From Candidatus Heimdallarchaeota archaeon (lineage in GTDB: Archaea; Asgardarchaeota; Heimdallarchaeia; JABLTI01): 64,000 bases of DNA. Numbering within the stretch: the stretch's first letter is position 1; each line of letters starts with the position of its first letter. The position numbers and the translations under genes are program-made. Where the stretch lies: NCBI GenBank assembly GCA_019056785.1, contig DXJV01000025.1, positions 20,613-84,612 of the forward strand, in the 5' to 3' direction. The notes beneath the pieces were generated by a model that worked only from the letters and a program-made list of their open reading frames with translations, did not search any database and was not told the DNA's origin. This document shows positions 10,403-20,642 of this stretch, in pieces.

Positions 10403-10437
10403 ATTGATGAGAAACCTCTCATCAATGATCTTTTTTT
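10403..10437 (+). terminator. Hairpin plus T-tract between convergent genes
   Basis: Perfect 10-bp inverted repeat ATTGATGAGA (10403-10412) / TCTCATCAAT (10417-10426), followed by a T-run. Confidence 0.5.
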
Positions 10438-10457
10438 AAAAGGGGGGAAGGGTTTGT

Positions 10458-11441
10458 TTATTTGAAATATTTTTCAAGATTTGCTGAGAGACGCTCATTG
10501 GATGCATAGACTTCTGCTGGTTTGAATTTTTGCCCGGTAATAAGTTCATAAGCATTGATAACATTTAATGCTGCATTTACTATGACATCTTCAGGAAGGT
10601 CGGGGATTGTCCCGTCACCGGTGAAGCCCTGTTCTCGAAGCCAGTTTCGAACATATTCTTTGTCTAGGCCCTTTTGGTCTACTCCTTGCTCAAATCGCTC
10701 TTTGTAAAATTCTTTCAGCCAGTATCTAGAAGAGTCTGCTGTTAGCACCTCATCGATTAAAACAAGCTCATTATCTGGTGTATAACCAAATTCAAATTTG
10801 GTGTCGACAAGAATTCCTCCTTGCTTGCTAACAACAGCATTTCCTTCTTCGTAGAGCTTGAAGGCAACGTTAATGATTCTATCAAGCACTTCTTGGGAAA
10901 CAATTCCTTGTTCGACGATTTCCTTTGGCGTAATTTCAACATCATGCCCTTCTTTTGCCTTCGTCGTTGGCGTAAAGACTGGCTCGGGAAGTTTCTCATC
11001 TTTTCGCAGATCCGGTGGAAACTCAACACCTGAAATAACAAGTGGTAAACCTTGTTCTTTCAAATATTTATAGCGGCGCCAAGCAGAACCAGTAAGATAC
11101 CCCCGGATGATCACTTCAAGTTCAATAGGGCGACATTTTTGAGCAATCATGACATTTGGGTCGGGAACAGCAATAATGTGATTTTTCATAAATTTCTTTG
11201 TTCGTTCAAACCAAAATTCCGATGTTTGATTCAATGCTTGCCCTTTATAGGGGATGCCCTGATTCAAGATGGCATCAAAAGCTGAGATGCGATCTGTTGT
11301 AATTATTATGATTTTATCATCATGAAAATAAAGGTCCCGTACTTTTCCACTTTTTTTCTCGCCAAATTTCGGGAGGTCGGCTGAGAGAAAGACATTCGGA
11401 ATTTGCTTTTTAATGGTCTCTGTTAAAGAAATATTGTTCAT
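10458..11441 (-). CDS. purC: SAICAR synthetase
   Basis: GKVRDLY, TDRISAFD, GYLTGS, FTPTTKA..GHD, DTKFEFG, DEVLTADSSRYW and DKEYVR motifs. Confidence 0.96.
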   Translation of the reverse strand: MNNISLTETIKKQIPNVFLSADLPKFGEKKSGKVRDLYFHDDKIIIITTDRISAFDAILNQGIPYKGQALNQTSEFWFERTKKFMKNHIIAVPDPNVMIAQKCRPIELEVIIRGYLTGSAWRRYKYLKEQGLPLVISGVEFPPDLRKDEKLPEPVFTPTTKAKEGHDVEITPKEIVEQGIVSQEVLDRIINVAFKLYEEGNAVVSKQGGILVDTKFEFGYTPDNELVLIDEVLTADSSRYWLKEFYKERFEQGVDQKGLDKEYVRNWLREQGFTGDGTIPDLPEDVIVNAALNVINAYELITGQKFKPAEVYASNERLSANLEKYFK

Positions 11442-11586
11442 AATTAAAACACACACCAATTTCCTTTTAAAAATCGATGGTCTTTTGAATTTATTGTTTA
11501 ATATAAATAAAACTAAATTTTCTGAAGAAAAACTATTAATTAAGGGAGATAAAAAGGTTAGTTACTATCAAATGAGAAGATGAAAA

Positions 11587-12816
11587 ATGCAAGATAAAAA
11601 GAGTGCCCTTAAAAAACTCATAGAAGACTTGAACAAAGGAAAAGACCTCGAGGAAGCTAAGAAAGAATTCCAACAAATCATCACGGAAACAGGCCCGGAT
11701 GAGCTTGCAAAAGTTGAGGAAGAATTAGTAAAGGAAGGTATGCCTCGAGAAAAGCTAAACCAACTGTGCGAAGTACATTTGGCAGTGTTTAAAGAACGAT
11801 TAGGCAGCCAGAAATTAATCGTAAAAAAAGGCCATCCATTGGCAATCTTGATGGAAGAGCATCGCATTTTACTCGAGTATGTTCAGAAACTGAACACAGC
11901 AGCAGCTAAAATCGCAAAGAAAAAGGGCTTTAAAGAAAGCACAGCTTTAATGGCAGATGTGAAGGATGTTGCTAGACACTTAGAAGCATCAGCTAAGCAT
12001 TATTTGCGTGAGGAAAATGTTCTTTTCCCATTCATAGAGAAACATGGGCTTACAGAACCACCAGCACAAATGTGGATTGATCATGACAACATTCGAGCAA
12101 CAAAAAAGACTTTGTATGACATCATACAGAAAGCAGATGAAAAGAAAGTGGACTTTAAGGAGTTTAAAGAAATTCTCTTAAAAACTGCAAATGAACTGGT
12201 GACAATCATTTCCAGCCACTTTTTCAAAGAGAACAATGTCTTATTCCCGGCATCAATGAGGTTATTAACAGCTGAAGAATGGGACACAACGAGAAAAGAA
12301 TTCGACGAGATTGGTTATTGTTGTTTCACACCAGAAGACATAATCAAGCCTGAAGAAACAAAAGAGAAAGCAGCGACTGCAGAAAAAGCCGGTCCTCCCA
12401 AGCAAATGGCTGAAGGGGTTATAGAATTTGAGACAGGACCATTACCAATAGCTGTTATTGAACCAATTCTAAACACATTACCCGTTGATATTACCTTTGT
12501 CGATGAGAATGACATTGTAAGATATTTCAGTAAAGGAGACGAACGGATTTTTGTAAGAACGAAAGCGATCATTGGGAGAGCAGTTATTAACTGCCATCCT
12601 CAGAAAAGCTATGATGCTGTGGAACGAATTCTGACGGACTTCCGGGAAGGAAAGCGGAAGACAGCTGAATTTTGGATCAATCTAAATGACAGGATGATTT
12701 ACATCCGCTATTTCGCTGTCCACGATAAAAATGGGAAATATCTTGGAACATTAGAAGTTTCACAGGACATTACGGAGATTCAAAAACTTGAAGGCGAAAA
12801 GCGATTACTGGATTAG
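11587..12816 (+). CDS. DUF438 / hemerythrin-like / PAS domain protein
   Basis: LCEVH, GHPL..LMEEH, HYLREENVLFP, HFFKENNVLFP, and a C-terminal PAS region (LPVDITFVD...NCHP). Confidence 0.88.
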   Translation: MQDKKSALKKLIEDLNKGKDLEEAKKEFQQIITETGPDELAKVEEELVKEGMPREKLNQLCEVHLAVFKERLGSQKLIVKKGHPLAILMEEHRILLEYVQKLNTAAAKIAKKKGFKESTALMADVKDVARHLEASAKHYLREENVLFPFIEKHGLTEPPAQMWIDHDNIRATKKTLYDIIQKADEKKVDFKEFKEILLKTANELVTIISSHFFKENNVLFPASMRLLTAEEWDTTRKEFDEIGYCCFTPEDIIKPEETKEKAATAEKAGPPKQMAEGVIEFETGPLPIAVIEPILNTLPVDITFVDENDIVRYFSKGDERIFVRTKAIIGRAVINCHPQKSYDAVERILTDFREGKRKTAEFWINLNDRMIYIRYFAVHDKNGKYLGTLEVSQDITEIQKLEGEKRLLD

Positions 12817-12821
12817 AAACA

Positions 12822-13865
12822 CTAATCCTTTCGTCCTTCCGTTATTTTTTGTAGTGCAGTTATAAGAATATCAGCTTGTGGTGGAGCAAGGGGTTTACCA
12901 TCAATTAAAGCACCTTCACTTTTCTTGGTGACCTCGCCAACCACTGCAATTGGGAGAGTCTTTGCGACTTTTTCTGTAAGAAGACTAGCTTTTTCTTTTG
13001 ATGTTACAACAACCAATGTCCCTGAGGATATCAATCGCAAAGGATCAATTTTCAAAAAAGAAGCAAGCTCATGAGCTTCCTTTGTAAGGGGGAATTGTTC
13101 AGAAGAAAGCCGCAAGCCAAAGCCTTCAGGAACAATTGTTTCATAAATCGCCCCTAAAATCCCCCCTTCTGTTGCATCGTGCATTAGACCTGGGCGAATC
13201 AATTTATTAACTGTTAATGCAACATCCACAACAGAAAGCGCTTCTCCTAAAGCAAGCAATTTTGAGAGAAAACTCTTACTGAAAAATTGCTGTAAGTATT
13301 TTTTCCCTTCATGAGCAATTATCCCCATTCCTTCTTTTGCACAAAAACCAACACAAACAATGACATCACCCACAGTGATCTTTCTTGGGACATAAAAATC
13401 TCGAGGAACAAAACCAATCATCGCACCTGAGAGGACCGGAGAAACCACAGATTGGGAAAATTCGGTGTGCCCTCCAAGGACAGCAATGCCTAGATTCGAG
13501 CATGTTTGTTGGACATTTTTTTGAATTTTGAAAACCTCTGCTTCTGAAAAGCCGGGCGGAAAAACCATCGTTATGTTAAAACCAAAAGGGAGTGCACCAC
13601 TTGTGACAATATCATTGGCATTTATTATTACAACTGATTTCCCGGGGTTTGCTGTTGGGAAAGTAATTGGGTCGGTTTTTACAACCAAAAGCACTTCTTC
13701 TGAGCTCTGATAGAACTCTTGTGCCCGTTGGCTCGCAAGAGAATAATCAAGAACAGCAACATCCACACCTACTTTCGGTCCTTGTAGAACGCCTTCAATT
13801 TTCTCGGCATAGTGATAGTCAAGAAGCTTTTCGAGAGAACGGAAAGGGAGCTTACCTTCTTCCAT
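12822..13865 (-). CDS. AIR synthase (PurM/HypE-like) family protein
   Basis: GKLP, GPKVGVD, TDPIT, NANDI, GGHTE, MHDATEGG and LISSG motifs. Confidence 0.88.
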   Translation of the reverse strand: MEEGKLPFRSLEKLLDYHYAEKIEGVLQGPKVGVDVAVLDYSLASQRAQEFYQSSEEVLLVVKTDPITFPTANPGKSVVIINANDIVTSGALPFGFNITMVFPPGFSEAEVFKIQKNVQQTCSNLGIAVLGGHTEFSQSVVSPVLSGAMIGFVPRDFYVPRKITVGDVIVCVGFCAKEGMGIIAHEGKKYLQQFFSKSFLSKLLALGEALSVVDVALTVNKLIRPGLMHDATEGGILGAIYETIVPEGFGLRLSSEQFPLTKEAHELASFLKIDPLRLISSGTLVVVTSKEKASLLTEKVAKTLPIAVVGEVTKKSEGALIDGKPLAPPQADILITALQKITEGRKD

Positions 13866-13964
13866 CTGTTATTCACCCCGTGATGGTAGTAGTAACAACA
13901 AACTATTTTTAGATAATAAAAAACTATTCCAATTACTTGAAAGAGCCTTAAGGAAATCACTATT

Positions 13965-14810
13965 ATGAATGAATTGAAAAAGTTACTATTGGAACTTGAT
14001 GAACATATGCAAGAAGTGTATCAGACAAATGCCGGAGAGAAAAAATTTCTCGAAAAAACCGACAATATTAATGTCACAGGCGAACGTTCTCGAGTAATTG
14101 ACATGCTTTTAGAAGAGACAATAATTGACTTCTTTAAGGAGAAAGCTTTTCCTTGTGTGATTGTAACAGAAGAACGAGGGAAGGTAGCCTTAACTGCAAC
14201 ACCTAAGTTTGTAGTTATTACTGACCCCCTCGATGGGACAACGAATTTTTCCAGAGGAATACCTTTAACTTGTTATGGCATAGCAATTGCAAAAATAAGG
14301 AAGAAAAGTGAGCAAACCGCATTCAATGACATCCAGGCAGCCGCTGTCCGATCATTTCATACTGATGAATTTTTTCTTAGTGACAGCAAGGAGGGAAGCA
14401 CCTTAAACAATCAAGCTATCACACCATCAAAAGAAACGAACTTACAAAAAAGCTTACTAGCAATTGATTTGGATAGAATTTGGCATAAAAAACCAGCAAA
14501 AGTACAAGCAGTTTTGTCAATCGTGAAACAATGTAAAGGTATTCGACGATTTGGTGCAAATCTCCTCGATATGTGCTATGTAGCTGCCGGACGAATTGAA
14601 TGTATGATTGACATCCGGAACATGCTCTCTATTGTTCATACACCAGGATTATTTATCGCCAAAAAAAGTGGTGCTGTTCTTAGCACAAAATTATACGAGG
14701 AATTCAACCCTACCTTGGAAGCTCAAGAGAAGATGAGCTTCGTGTTATGCAACAATGCCAACCTTGCAAGTAAAATATTAGCTAAATTAGATGAAAGCCA
14801 CTTTAAATGA
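13965..14810 (+). CDS. Inositol monophosphatase / fructose-1,6-bisphosphatase family protein
   Basis: TEE, DPLDGTTNF and RRFG...DMCYVAAG motifs. Confidence 0.9.
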   Translation: MNELKKLLLELDEHMQEVYQTNAGEKKFLEKTDNINVTGERSRVIDMLLEETIIDFFKEKAFPCVIVTEERGKVALTATPKFVVITDPLDGTTNFSRGIPLTCYGIAIAKIRKKSEQTAFNDIQAAAVRSFHTDEFFLSDSKEGSTLNNQAITPSKETNLQKSLLAIDLDRIWHKKPAKVQAVLSIVKQCKGIRRFGANLLDMCYVAAGRIECMIDIRNMLSIVHTPGLFIAKKSGAVLSTKLYEEFNPTLEAQEKMSFVLCNNANLASKILAKLDESHFK

Positions 14811-14846
14811 CAGTCATTGCTTAATTTCCACGAGGAAAGAATCCCA

Positions 14847-15605
14847 TTAAATTGCTTTCCAATAAAGACGTGCTTTTGTTAATAATTCGTTATTTTTAAT
14901 CTTGGTGATTTTGCTAAGGCTCACAAGACTATCATCTGTTTTAGATGCTTTTTGGAACTCTGTTTCAACAAGAACAGTATCTTGATGAAATGCCTGCCCT
15001 TTAAAACTAATTTCCAATTTGTTAACAACATATTTCTTGAGGGTTTTTGATGGCACACTTTCCAAGAGCCACTCCAAATAGATAGCATTATTTACATGGT
15101 TATTTAGATCCAGGTCTGAACGGCGAACAGTAAGTGTTGCAGAAGCATCAGTTTTTTCCGGGAGAGGGAGCTTTGGAAAATCATAAGAAACCGACCGTCT
15201 GTCAAGTATTGGTCGGTCAGACACATAATCTAAATAATTAACAGGTTTTCTTTTAACATAATTATAAAGAATCCAACTGGTAGTTGCACTACAAACGATT
15301 TTTCCAGACTCGTTAATAATTTCAAAATCCCGTAAAGAATATTTCTCACTCTCACTACGTGCAACCCAAGAGCGAATGGTTAAAAGTTCATCAATGGTGG
15401 GATACTCATACATTTCAATGTAATATCGAAGCAAATACCACGTAAGATTGCGCTTGAAGATATGTTGAAAACTAACACCCAAATTTGACGCATGCTCAAA
15501 AGCCACTTCCTGGAGATAGTTAACAATAGCCGTGAACTTTATATGACCGGTGTAAGTCATATCTAACGCTCGAGGTTTAACTTGCAATTCATAGATGTCT
15601 ATCAT
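14847..15605 (-). CDS. Acyl-ACP thioesterase (FatA/FatB-like double hotdog)
   Basis: YLQEVAFEHA, SLRDFEI, ATTSW and the catalytic VRRSDLDLNNHVNNAIYLEW motif. Confidence 0.88.
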   Translation of the reverse strand: MIDIYELQVKPRALDMTYTGHIKFTAIVNYLQEVAFEHASNLGVSFQHIFKRNLTWYLLRYYIEMYEYPTIDELLTIRSWVARSESEKYSLRDFEIINESGKIVCSATTSWILYNYVKRKPVNYLDYVSDRPILDRRSVSYDFPKLPLPEKTDASATLTVRRSDLDLNNHVNNAIYLEWLLESVPSKTLKKYVVNKLEISFKGQAFHQDTVLVETEFQKASKTDDSLVSLSKITKIKNNELLTKARLYWKAI

Positions 15606-15787
15606 TTACTGAACACCAAATGAAAATCTTGTTAGTATCAAGTCACTTACAAAAGTTTCCATGGAACTTGTTAAAAATAGACAAGTTTTTCTTGTAATTA
15701 ATATAGCCAAAAAGATTCCTTAAAAAAAACTTTCTACATTTGACTTATCTTTAGAAGGTGCATGTAAAAAAGAAAAAGTGAAGACTA

Positions 15788-16435
15788 TTATTTTGGCCGT
15801 TCTTTATGACAAAGCCACCAATCATAACACTCGTATTTCTTCTTTCGCTCTGCAGCGGTTTTCACATCACTTGCAGGAGGAATGATCACGCGATCTTTTA
15901 TCAGTTCATTATTGGGCCAGTTTGCCGGAATTGCAACATTATGCTTGTCTGCAATTTGGAATCCTTCAAGAATCCGTAGAATTTCATCCATGTTTCTACC
16001 CATTTCAGGTGGATAGTAAATGATAGCTCGAATGATGCTTTCAGGGTCAATAACAAAGACCGCTCGAACGGTGCTTGATGATTTGTGCGGGTGAATCATG
16101 CCATAAAGCTTTCCTACCTGGCCATGGTCAGCAATGATAGGAAATTCAATGTCTACATCTAAATTTTCTTTGATCCATTCAACCCACTTAATATGACTAA
16201 AAACCTGGTCAATACTTAAGCCAAGAAGTTCAGCGTTAAGCTTTGAAAATTCCGCCTTTCGTTTTTGAAAAGCAACAAATTCTGTCGTACAAACAGGCGT
16301 AAAGTCCGCAGGATGAGAGAAAAAGATCACCCACTTACCGGCGTAATCTTCCGGAAAGTTGATTGGACCATGAGTGGTCGTTGCAGTAAAACTTGGGGCT
16401 TTGTCACCTATTAAGGGAAAAGTAGTTTCTTCCAA
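15788..16435 (-). CDS. Peroxiredoxin (archaeal Prx6/TSA type)
   Basis: [29 protein letters not shown] and C-terminal CYDWWLC. Confidence 0.95.
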   Translation of the reverse strand: MEETTFPLIGDKAPSFTATTTHGPINFPEDYAGKWVIFFSHPADFTPVCTTEFVAFQKRKAEFSKLNAELLGLSIDQVFSHIKWVEWIKENLDVDIEFPIIADHGQVGKLYGMIHPHKSSSTVRAVFVIDPESIIRAIIYYPPEMGRNMDEILRILEGFQIADKHNVAIPANWPNNELIKDRVIIPPASDVKTAAERKKKYECYDWWLCHKERPK

Positions 16436-16587
16436 TGTGTATACCTCTAATTAGTTTATTTTTAAAGAAACACTCTCTTTTTTATAATTATAAATTCTTC
16501 CTTATAAAGTGAATGTTTTTCTTGCTAAAACTTTAATTTTGAAGTGGTCTAAATAATAAAGGAACGATTTTAGGAGATTGAAAGGAA

Positions 16588-18615
16588 TTAATCAATTGGT
16601 GTTTTGGCTTTTTTCTGTGCCATCTTCTTCTTTAGTTGCTCTAACATCGCAGGCGAAATTTTCCCCTCTGCAACCATCTTTTTAATCTTTTCAGGGTCAA
16701 GCATGCCCATTTCCATCATTGCAAGAGGTGAAAGCTCTACTTCTTCCTCCTCTTCTTCTTCGAGCACTTTCTCTACATCGATTTCCTCTAAGCCTTGGAA
16801 TTTGTAATAGGTTTCATAGATATCGGCATAAAGTCCTTTCTTTCGGATTAACTCCTCATGCGAGCCCATTTCAACAAGCTCACCATGCGAGAGAACAATT
16901 ATTTTATTAGCATCGAAAATTGTCGAAAGACGATGAGCGATAACAAAGGTTGTACGTTTTTTAAAGAGCGTCCTTTGTGCAACTTGAACAAGAGATTCGG
17001 AGTACGCATCAAGTCTTGATGTAGCCTCATCAAGGATGAGGATCTTTGGGTCAGCAAGCATTGTCCTTGCGATTGTAATGATTTGTCTCTGCCCAGCGCT
17101 GAGTTGTTTTCCACCTTCCCGGACGACGGTTTGATAGCCATTGGGAAGCGCCTCAATAAAGGTATCAGCACCAATCATTTTGCAAATTGTATAAACTTCT
17201 TCATCTGTGGCATCAGCTTTTCCGTATTTGATATTTTCTAATACAGTTGCTGTGAAAAGATAAGGCTCTTGAGGTATCAAACCAATTGCTTTTCGCAATG
17301 ATTTTTGGGCAATTTTTTTGATATCTTGCGCACCTATTTTTATGGATCCTTTTTGGATGTCATAAAAACGCGTTAGAAGCATACTTGCAAGGGTTGTCTT
17401 GCCGGCGCCAGTCTCACCTACAAGAGCAACCATTTCTCCTTCTTCTACTTGAAATGTGATGTCTTTTAGTACCCAGTTTTCATTATCATAAGAAAACCAG
17501 ACATGTTCAAACGAAACAGAATAATCATTTCCAAGAGGTTCGGCGTCAGGTGCATCAGGAATAGAGGGAGATGCCTCCAGAACATCGAGAACCCGGTCAA
17601 CTGCTCCTAAAGATGTCTGTAATTGTGGGAAAGATAAGGAGAGATGTGCCACAGGGCGGAGAAATTGTGCAGCCAGAATTGTACCTAGGAAAATCTGCCC
17701 AATTGAAATAGAAGCGAGATAACCACCCATCCAAAGAATAGCTGCAGTGACGATAGAACTAATCGAGGAAATTAAGGGCATCATAATGTTCATCATTAAG
17801 CCAAATTTTTTACTCATCTTATAATTTTCCTGATTCAAAACCCGCATTTGACTTGAGAGATTCCCTTCTTGGTTAAATGCTTTACTAACGGCAATTCCTG
17901 CAAAGCTTTCAGCGATCTTACCGGAAACAATGCCAAAAGTTTGTCGAATGCCAAGAACGATACGTCTACCGATAGTACTCAGAACAAAACTCAAAAGAAG
18001 GGCAAAGGGAATGGACCCAAGACAGATCAAGACAATTTGCCATGGCAGGCGAATGAGGATCACAACGAGAGTCGTCACCAGTAGAAAAAGTTGTACTGCA
18101 ATGCTAATGAAGACTTGAAGACCGGTTGACACTTCATCGGTATCACTGGTAATCCGCGCAGTAATATTGCCACTTTGCTCTTTTTTGAGATAATCCATTG
18201 AAGCATTAATAAGCTTGTTATAAACATCTTTCCGGATTTTATGAACCATATCAGCACGCACTTTAGAAAGCAAACGAGTTGTTAAGGAGTTCAAAATAAA
18301 CCCAAAAGACCCCAACAATACATAGAATAAGGTGTAAATAATTATAATTGTTCTTTCAGAAAGGGTTACCCCAAACCATACAATCACTTTACCTAAGGAG
18401 GGATCAATAGCATCGATCCCATTAGACAAGATAATAGGATTAAGAATTTGAGTTGCAGAGTAAGCAAGACTCAAAAATGCTGCCAAGACAAGTAAACCTA
18501 CGAAACCTTTCAAATATTTGCTTAAAGCCTTTAAGAGTACTGGAGTAGGCCGTGTTACCTTTTTCCGGTCGGCAATTCGACCGATCATTCGCCCTGCGCC
18601 GCCACCATGTCCCAT
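16588..18615 (-). CDS. ABC exporter, fused TMD-NBD subunit
   Basis: GETGAGKTT, LSAGQRQ, ILDEATS and IAHRLST motifs; 6-TM domain. Confidence 0.93.
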   Translation of the reverse strand: MGHGGGAGRMIGRIADRKKVTRPTPVLLKALSKYLKGFVGLLVLAAFLSLAYSATQILNPIILSNGIDAIDPSLGKVIVWFGVTLSERTIIIIYTLFYVLLGSFGFILNSLTTRLLSKVRADMVHKIRKDVYNKLINASMDYLKKEQSGNITARITSDTDEVSTGLQVFISIAVQLFLLVTTLVVILIRLPWQIVLICLGSIPFALLLSFVLSTIGRRIVLGIRQTFGIVSGKIAESFAGIAVSKAFNQEGNLSSQMRVLNQENYKMSKKFGLMMNIMMPLISSISSIVTAAILWMGGYLASISIGQIFLGTILAAQFLRPVAHLSLSFPQLQTSLGAVDRVLDVLEASPSIPDAPDAEPLGNDYSVSFEHVWFSYDNENWVLKDITFQVEEGEMVALVGETGAGKTTLASMLLTRFYDIQKGSIKIGAQDIKKIAQKSLRKAIGLIPQEPYLFTATVLENIKYGKADATDEEVYTICKMIGADTFIEALPNGYQTVVREGGKQLSAGQRQIITIARTMLADPKILILDEATSRLDAYSESLVQVAQRTLFKKRTTFVIAHRLSTIFDANKIIVLSHGELVEMGSHEELIRKKGLYADIYETYYKFQGLEEIDVEKVLEEEEEEEVELSPLAMMEMGMLDPEKIKKMVAEGKISPAMLEQLKKKMAQKKAKTPID

Positions 18616-18620
18616 TATTT

Positions 18621-20513
18621 TTACCCTCCTTTGGGCGTTTTTACCCTTGATTCTTTTTTCTTGTTTATCAGCTCTTTTCCTCGAGGGAGTAAACTCAACA
18701 TAAATTGATACTCGCTACAGCGTTCCAATAATTCTTCATGGGTACCAAGGTCAATAACCCGTCCTTTATCTAAGAAGAGAATTAAATCAGAGTCAACTAG
18801 TGTTGAAAGCCTTTGCGTAACAATGATTGAAGTTCGTCCTTTGATTAGTTCCTCCATTGCTAAGCGCAGTCGAATTTCAGTTTTGATATCTACGGCAGAA
18901 GTTGAATCATCGAGCAACAACAGTTTTGGTTCTGCTAAGAGTGCCCGAGCAATAGCAATGCGCTGTCTTTGCCCTCCTGAAAGAGTGACGCCACGTTCAC
19001 CGATGATAGTGTCATAACCTTTTGGAGTAGATTCTATAAATTTGTCAATTTGCGCTCTCCTTGCAGCAGTTTTTATTTCCTCCATTGATGCTTCAGGTTT
19101 GGAAAAGGCAATATTATCCTTAAAGGACGCACCAAAAAGAAAGATGTCTTGCTCTACAAGGGTGACATCCTTTCGAACGTCAAAAGTACTAACCTCGCGC
19201 AGGTTGGTATCACCTAAAAAGATTGCACCAGAAGTAGGGTCATATAACCGCAAGAGAAGCTTGAGGATCGTGCTTTTTCCTGAACCAGGACCACCCAACA
19301 AAGCAACACGAGAACCAGGAGGAATGGTGAAACTAACATCTTTTAAAACTAGCTTTTCTTTCCCAGGATAACTAAAAGAAACATTTTGAAAGACAAGGGG
19401 CCTTGACCAGTCTAATTTTTTCGATTTGACAGGTTCGATTAATGGATCCTTAAACGTCATAACATCCCAAATACGTCGAGCATTTATCCGCCCGGCTTGT
19501 ATGGCAAGCAACCTTATCGGAAGCATAAAATTGAGGATCACAAGCTGGATCAACAAAGTGAGCATTGAGGAAAGCTGCCCCACACTCATCAATCCATTAT
19601 CTTGTAAAACAAACCAAAGTCCAATACCAAAGGAAGCAGCAGTAAATAACACCATGATTAAAGCGGGCCAGTAGAAAGAGCTCAAATACCCCTCTTTCCT
19701 AATTTTGTCTGCAAGACGCAAACTTACTTGAGTGAATTTCATCTCTTCAGTTTTTTCATTATCAAAAGAACGCACCACTTCTATCCCTCGAAAGGTTTCT
19801 TGCGAAGCGCTTGAGACATTACCAAGCTCTGTGGCAAGCTCTCGCCGGATGGGACCAACCCTGCGAGCGTACACCCACGCCAAGAAAATGTAAAGACTGA
19901 AACCAAAAGTGATCATCAATCCTATTGGCCAATTCCCAACACCAATGAACTCACTCCCAATGGGAATGCGAATAAAGAAATAAGATGTTGTTAAAAGAAT
20001 GCTTAAAAAAGAAGAAACAACTTGCCGTATCGAAGGATGGTAAGCAAAGCGGATTTGATTTGTTTCATTCATTGCCATAGAAAGTAAAATACCAGAATCA
20101 TGCTCGTCATGAAAAGCCATGGAATGCTCCTGAACCACATCAAAGAACTCTTCGCGGATATCACGCTCAAAACGATAACTCGCAATCCCCCAGAGATAAC
20201 CACTAAGAAAAGAAGTGAGCCAACCAATCAGAGCAGCACTAATAATTAAAACAACAATAATAATAAAATTACGGCCATAACCTTCAGTTTTAAGAACATC
20301 AATTCCCAAACCCAATAACACACCCGGAAGAATAGAGATAACAGCATTAATAATCAAGAAAGTAATCGAAATAAACATTAATCCAGGATAGCGTGTTAAA
20401 CCTGACCAAAACCAATGATTCATTGACCGGTATTTTTCAGTTGCTAACTGCCTTGGCGGTTTTGTCTTCTCTGTTTTGTATGCCTTTTTTTGTGTAATTT
20501 GCTGTGTGACCAT
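18621..20513 (-). CDS. ABC exporter, fused TMD-NBD subunit (degenerate-site partner)
   Basis: GGPGSGKST, LSGGQRQR, LLLDDSTS (D in place of the catalytic E) and TQR in place of the H-loop, typical of a heterodimeric exporter. Confidence 0.93.
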   Translation of the reverse strand: MVTQQITQKKAYKTEKTKPPRQLATEKYRSMNHWFWSGLTRYPGLMFISITFLIINAVISILPGVLLGLGIDVLKTEGYGRNFIIIVVLIISAALIGWLTSFLSGYLWGIASYRFERDIREEFFDVVQEHSMAFHDEHDSGILLSMAMNETNQIRFAYHPSIRQVVSSFLSILLTTSYFFIRIPIGSEFIGVGNWPIGLMITFGFSLYIFLAWVYARRVGPIRRELATELGNVSSASQETFRGIEVVRSFDNEKTEEMKFTQVSLRLADKIRKEGYLSSFYWPALIMVLFTAASFGIGLWFVLQDNGLMSVGQLSSMLTLLIQLVILNFMLPIRLLAIQAGRINARRIWDVMTFKDPLIEPVKSKKLDWSRPLVFQNVSFSYPGKEKLVLKDVSFTIPPGSRVALLGGPGSGKSTILKLLLRLYDPTSGAIFLGDTNLREVSTFDVRKDVTLVEQDIFLFGASFKDNIAFSKPEASMEEIKTAARRAQIDKFIESTPKGYDTIIGERGVTLSGGQRQRIAIARALLAEPKLLLLDDSTSAVDIKTEIRLRLAMEELIKGRTSIIVTQRLSTLVDSDLILFLDKGRVIDLGTHEELLERCSEYQFMLSLLPRGKELINKKKESRVKTPKGG

Positions 20514-20642
20514 TTTTCAAGATTCCTATTAACAAGTGGGCGAGGAGTCATACAAATCACACATATTTAACTTTTTTGCTAAATCCAACAAAAACTTTAT
20601 TTAGCACGCAAAAAAATAAAAAAAGATAGCCATAGTCAGTAG

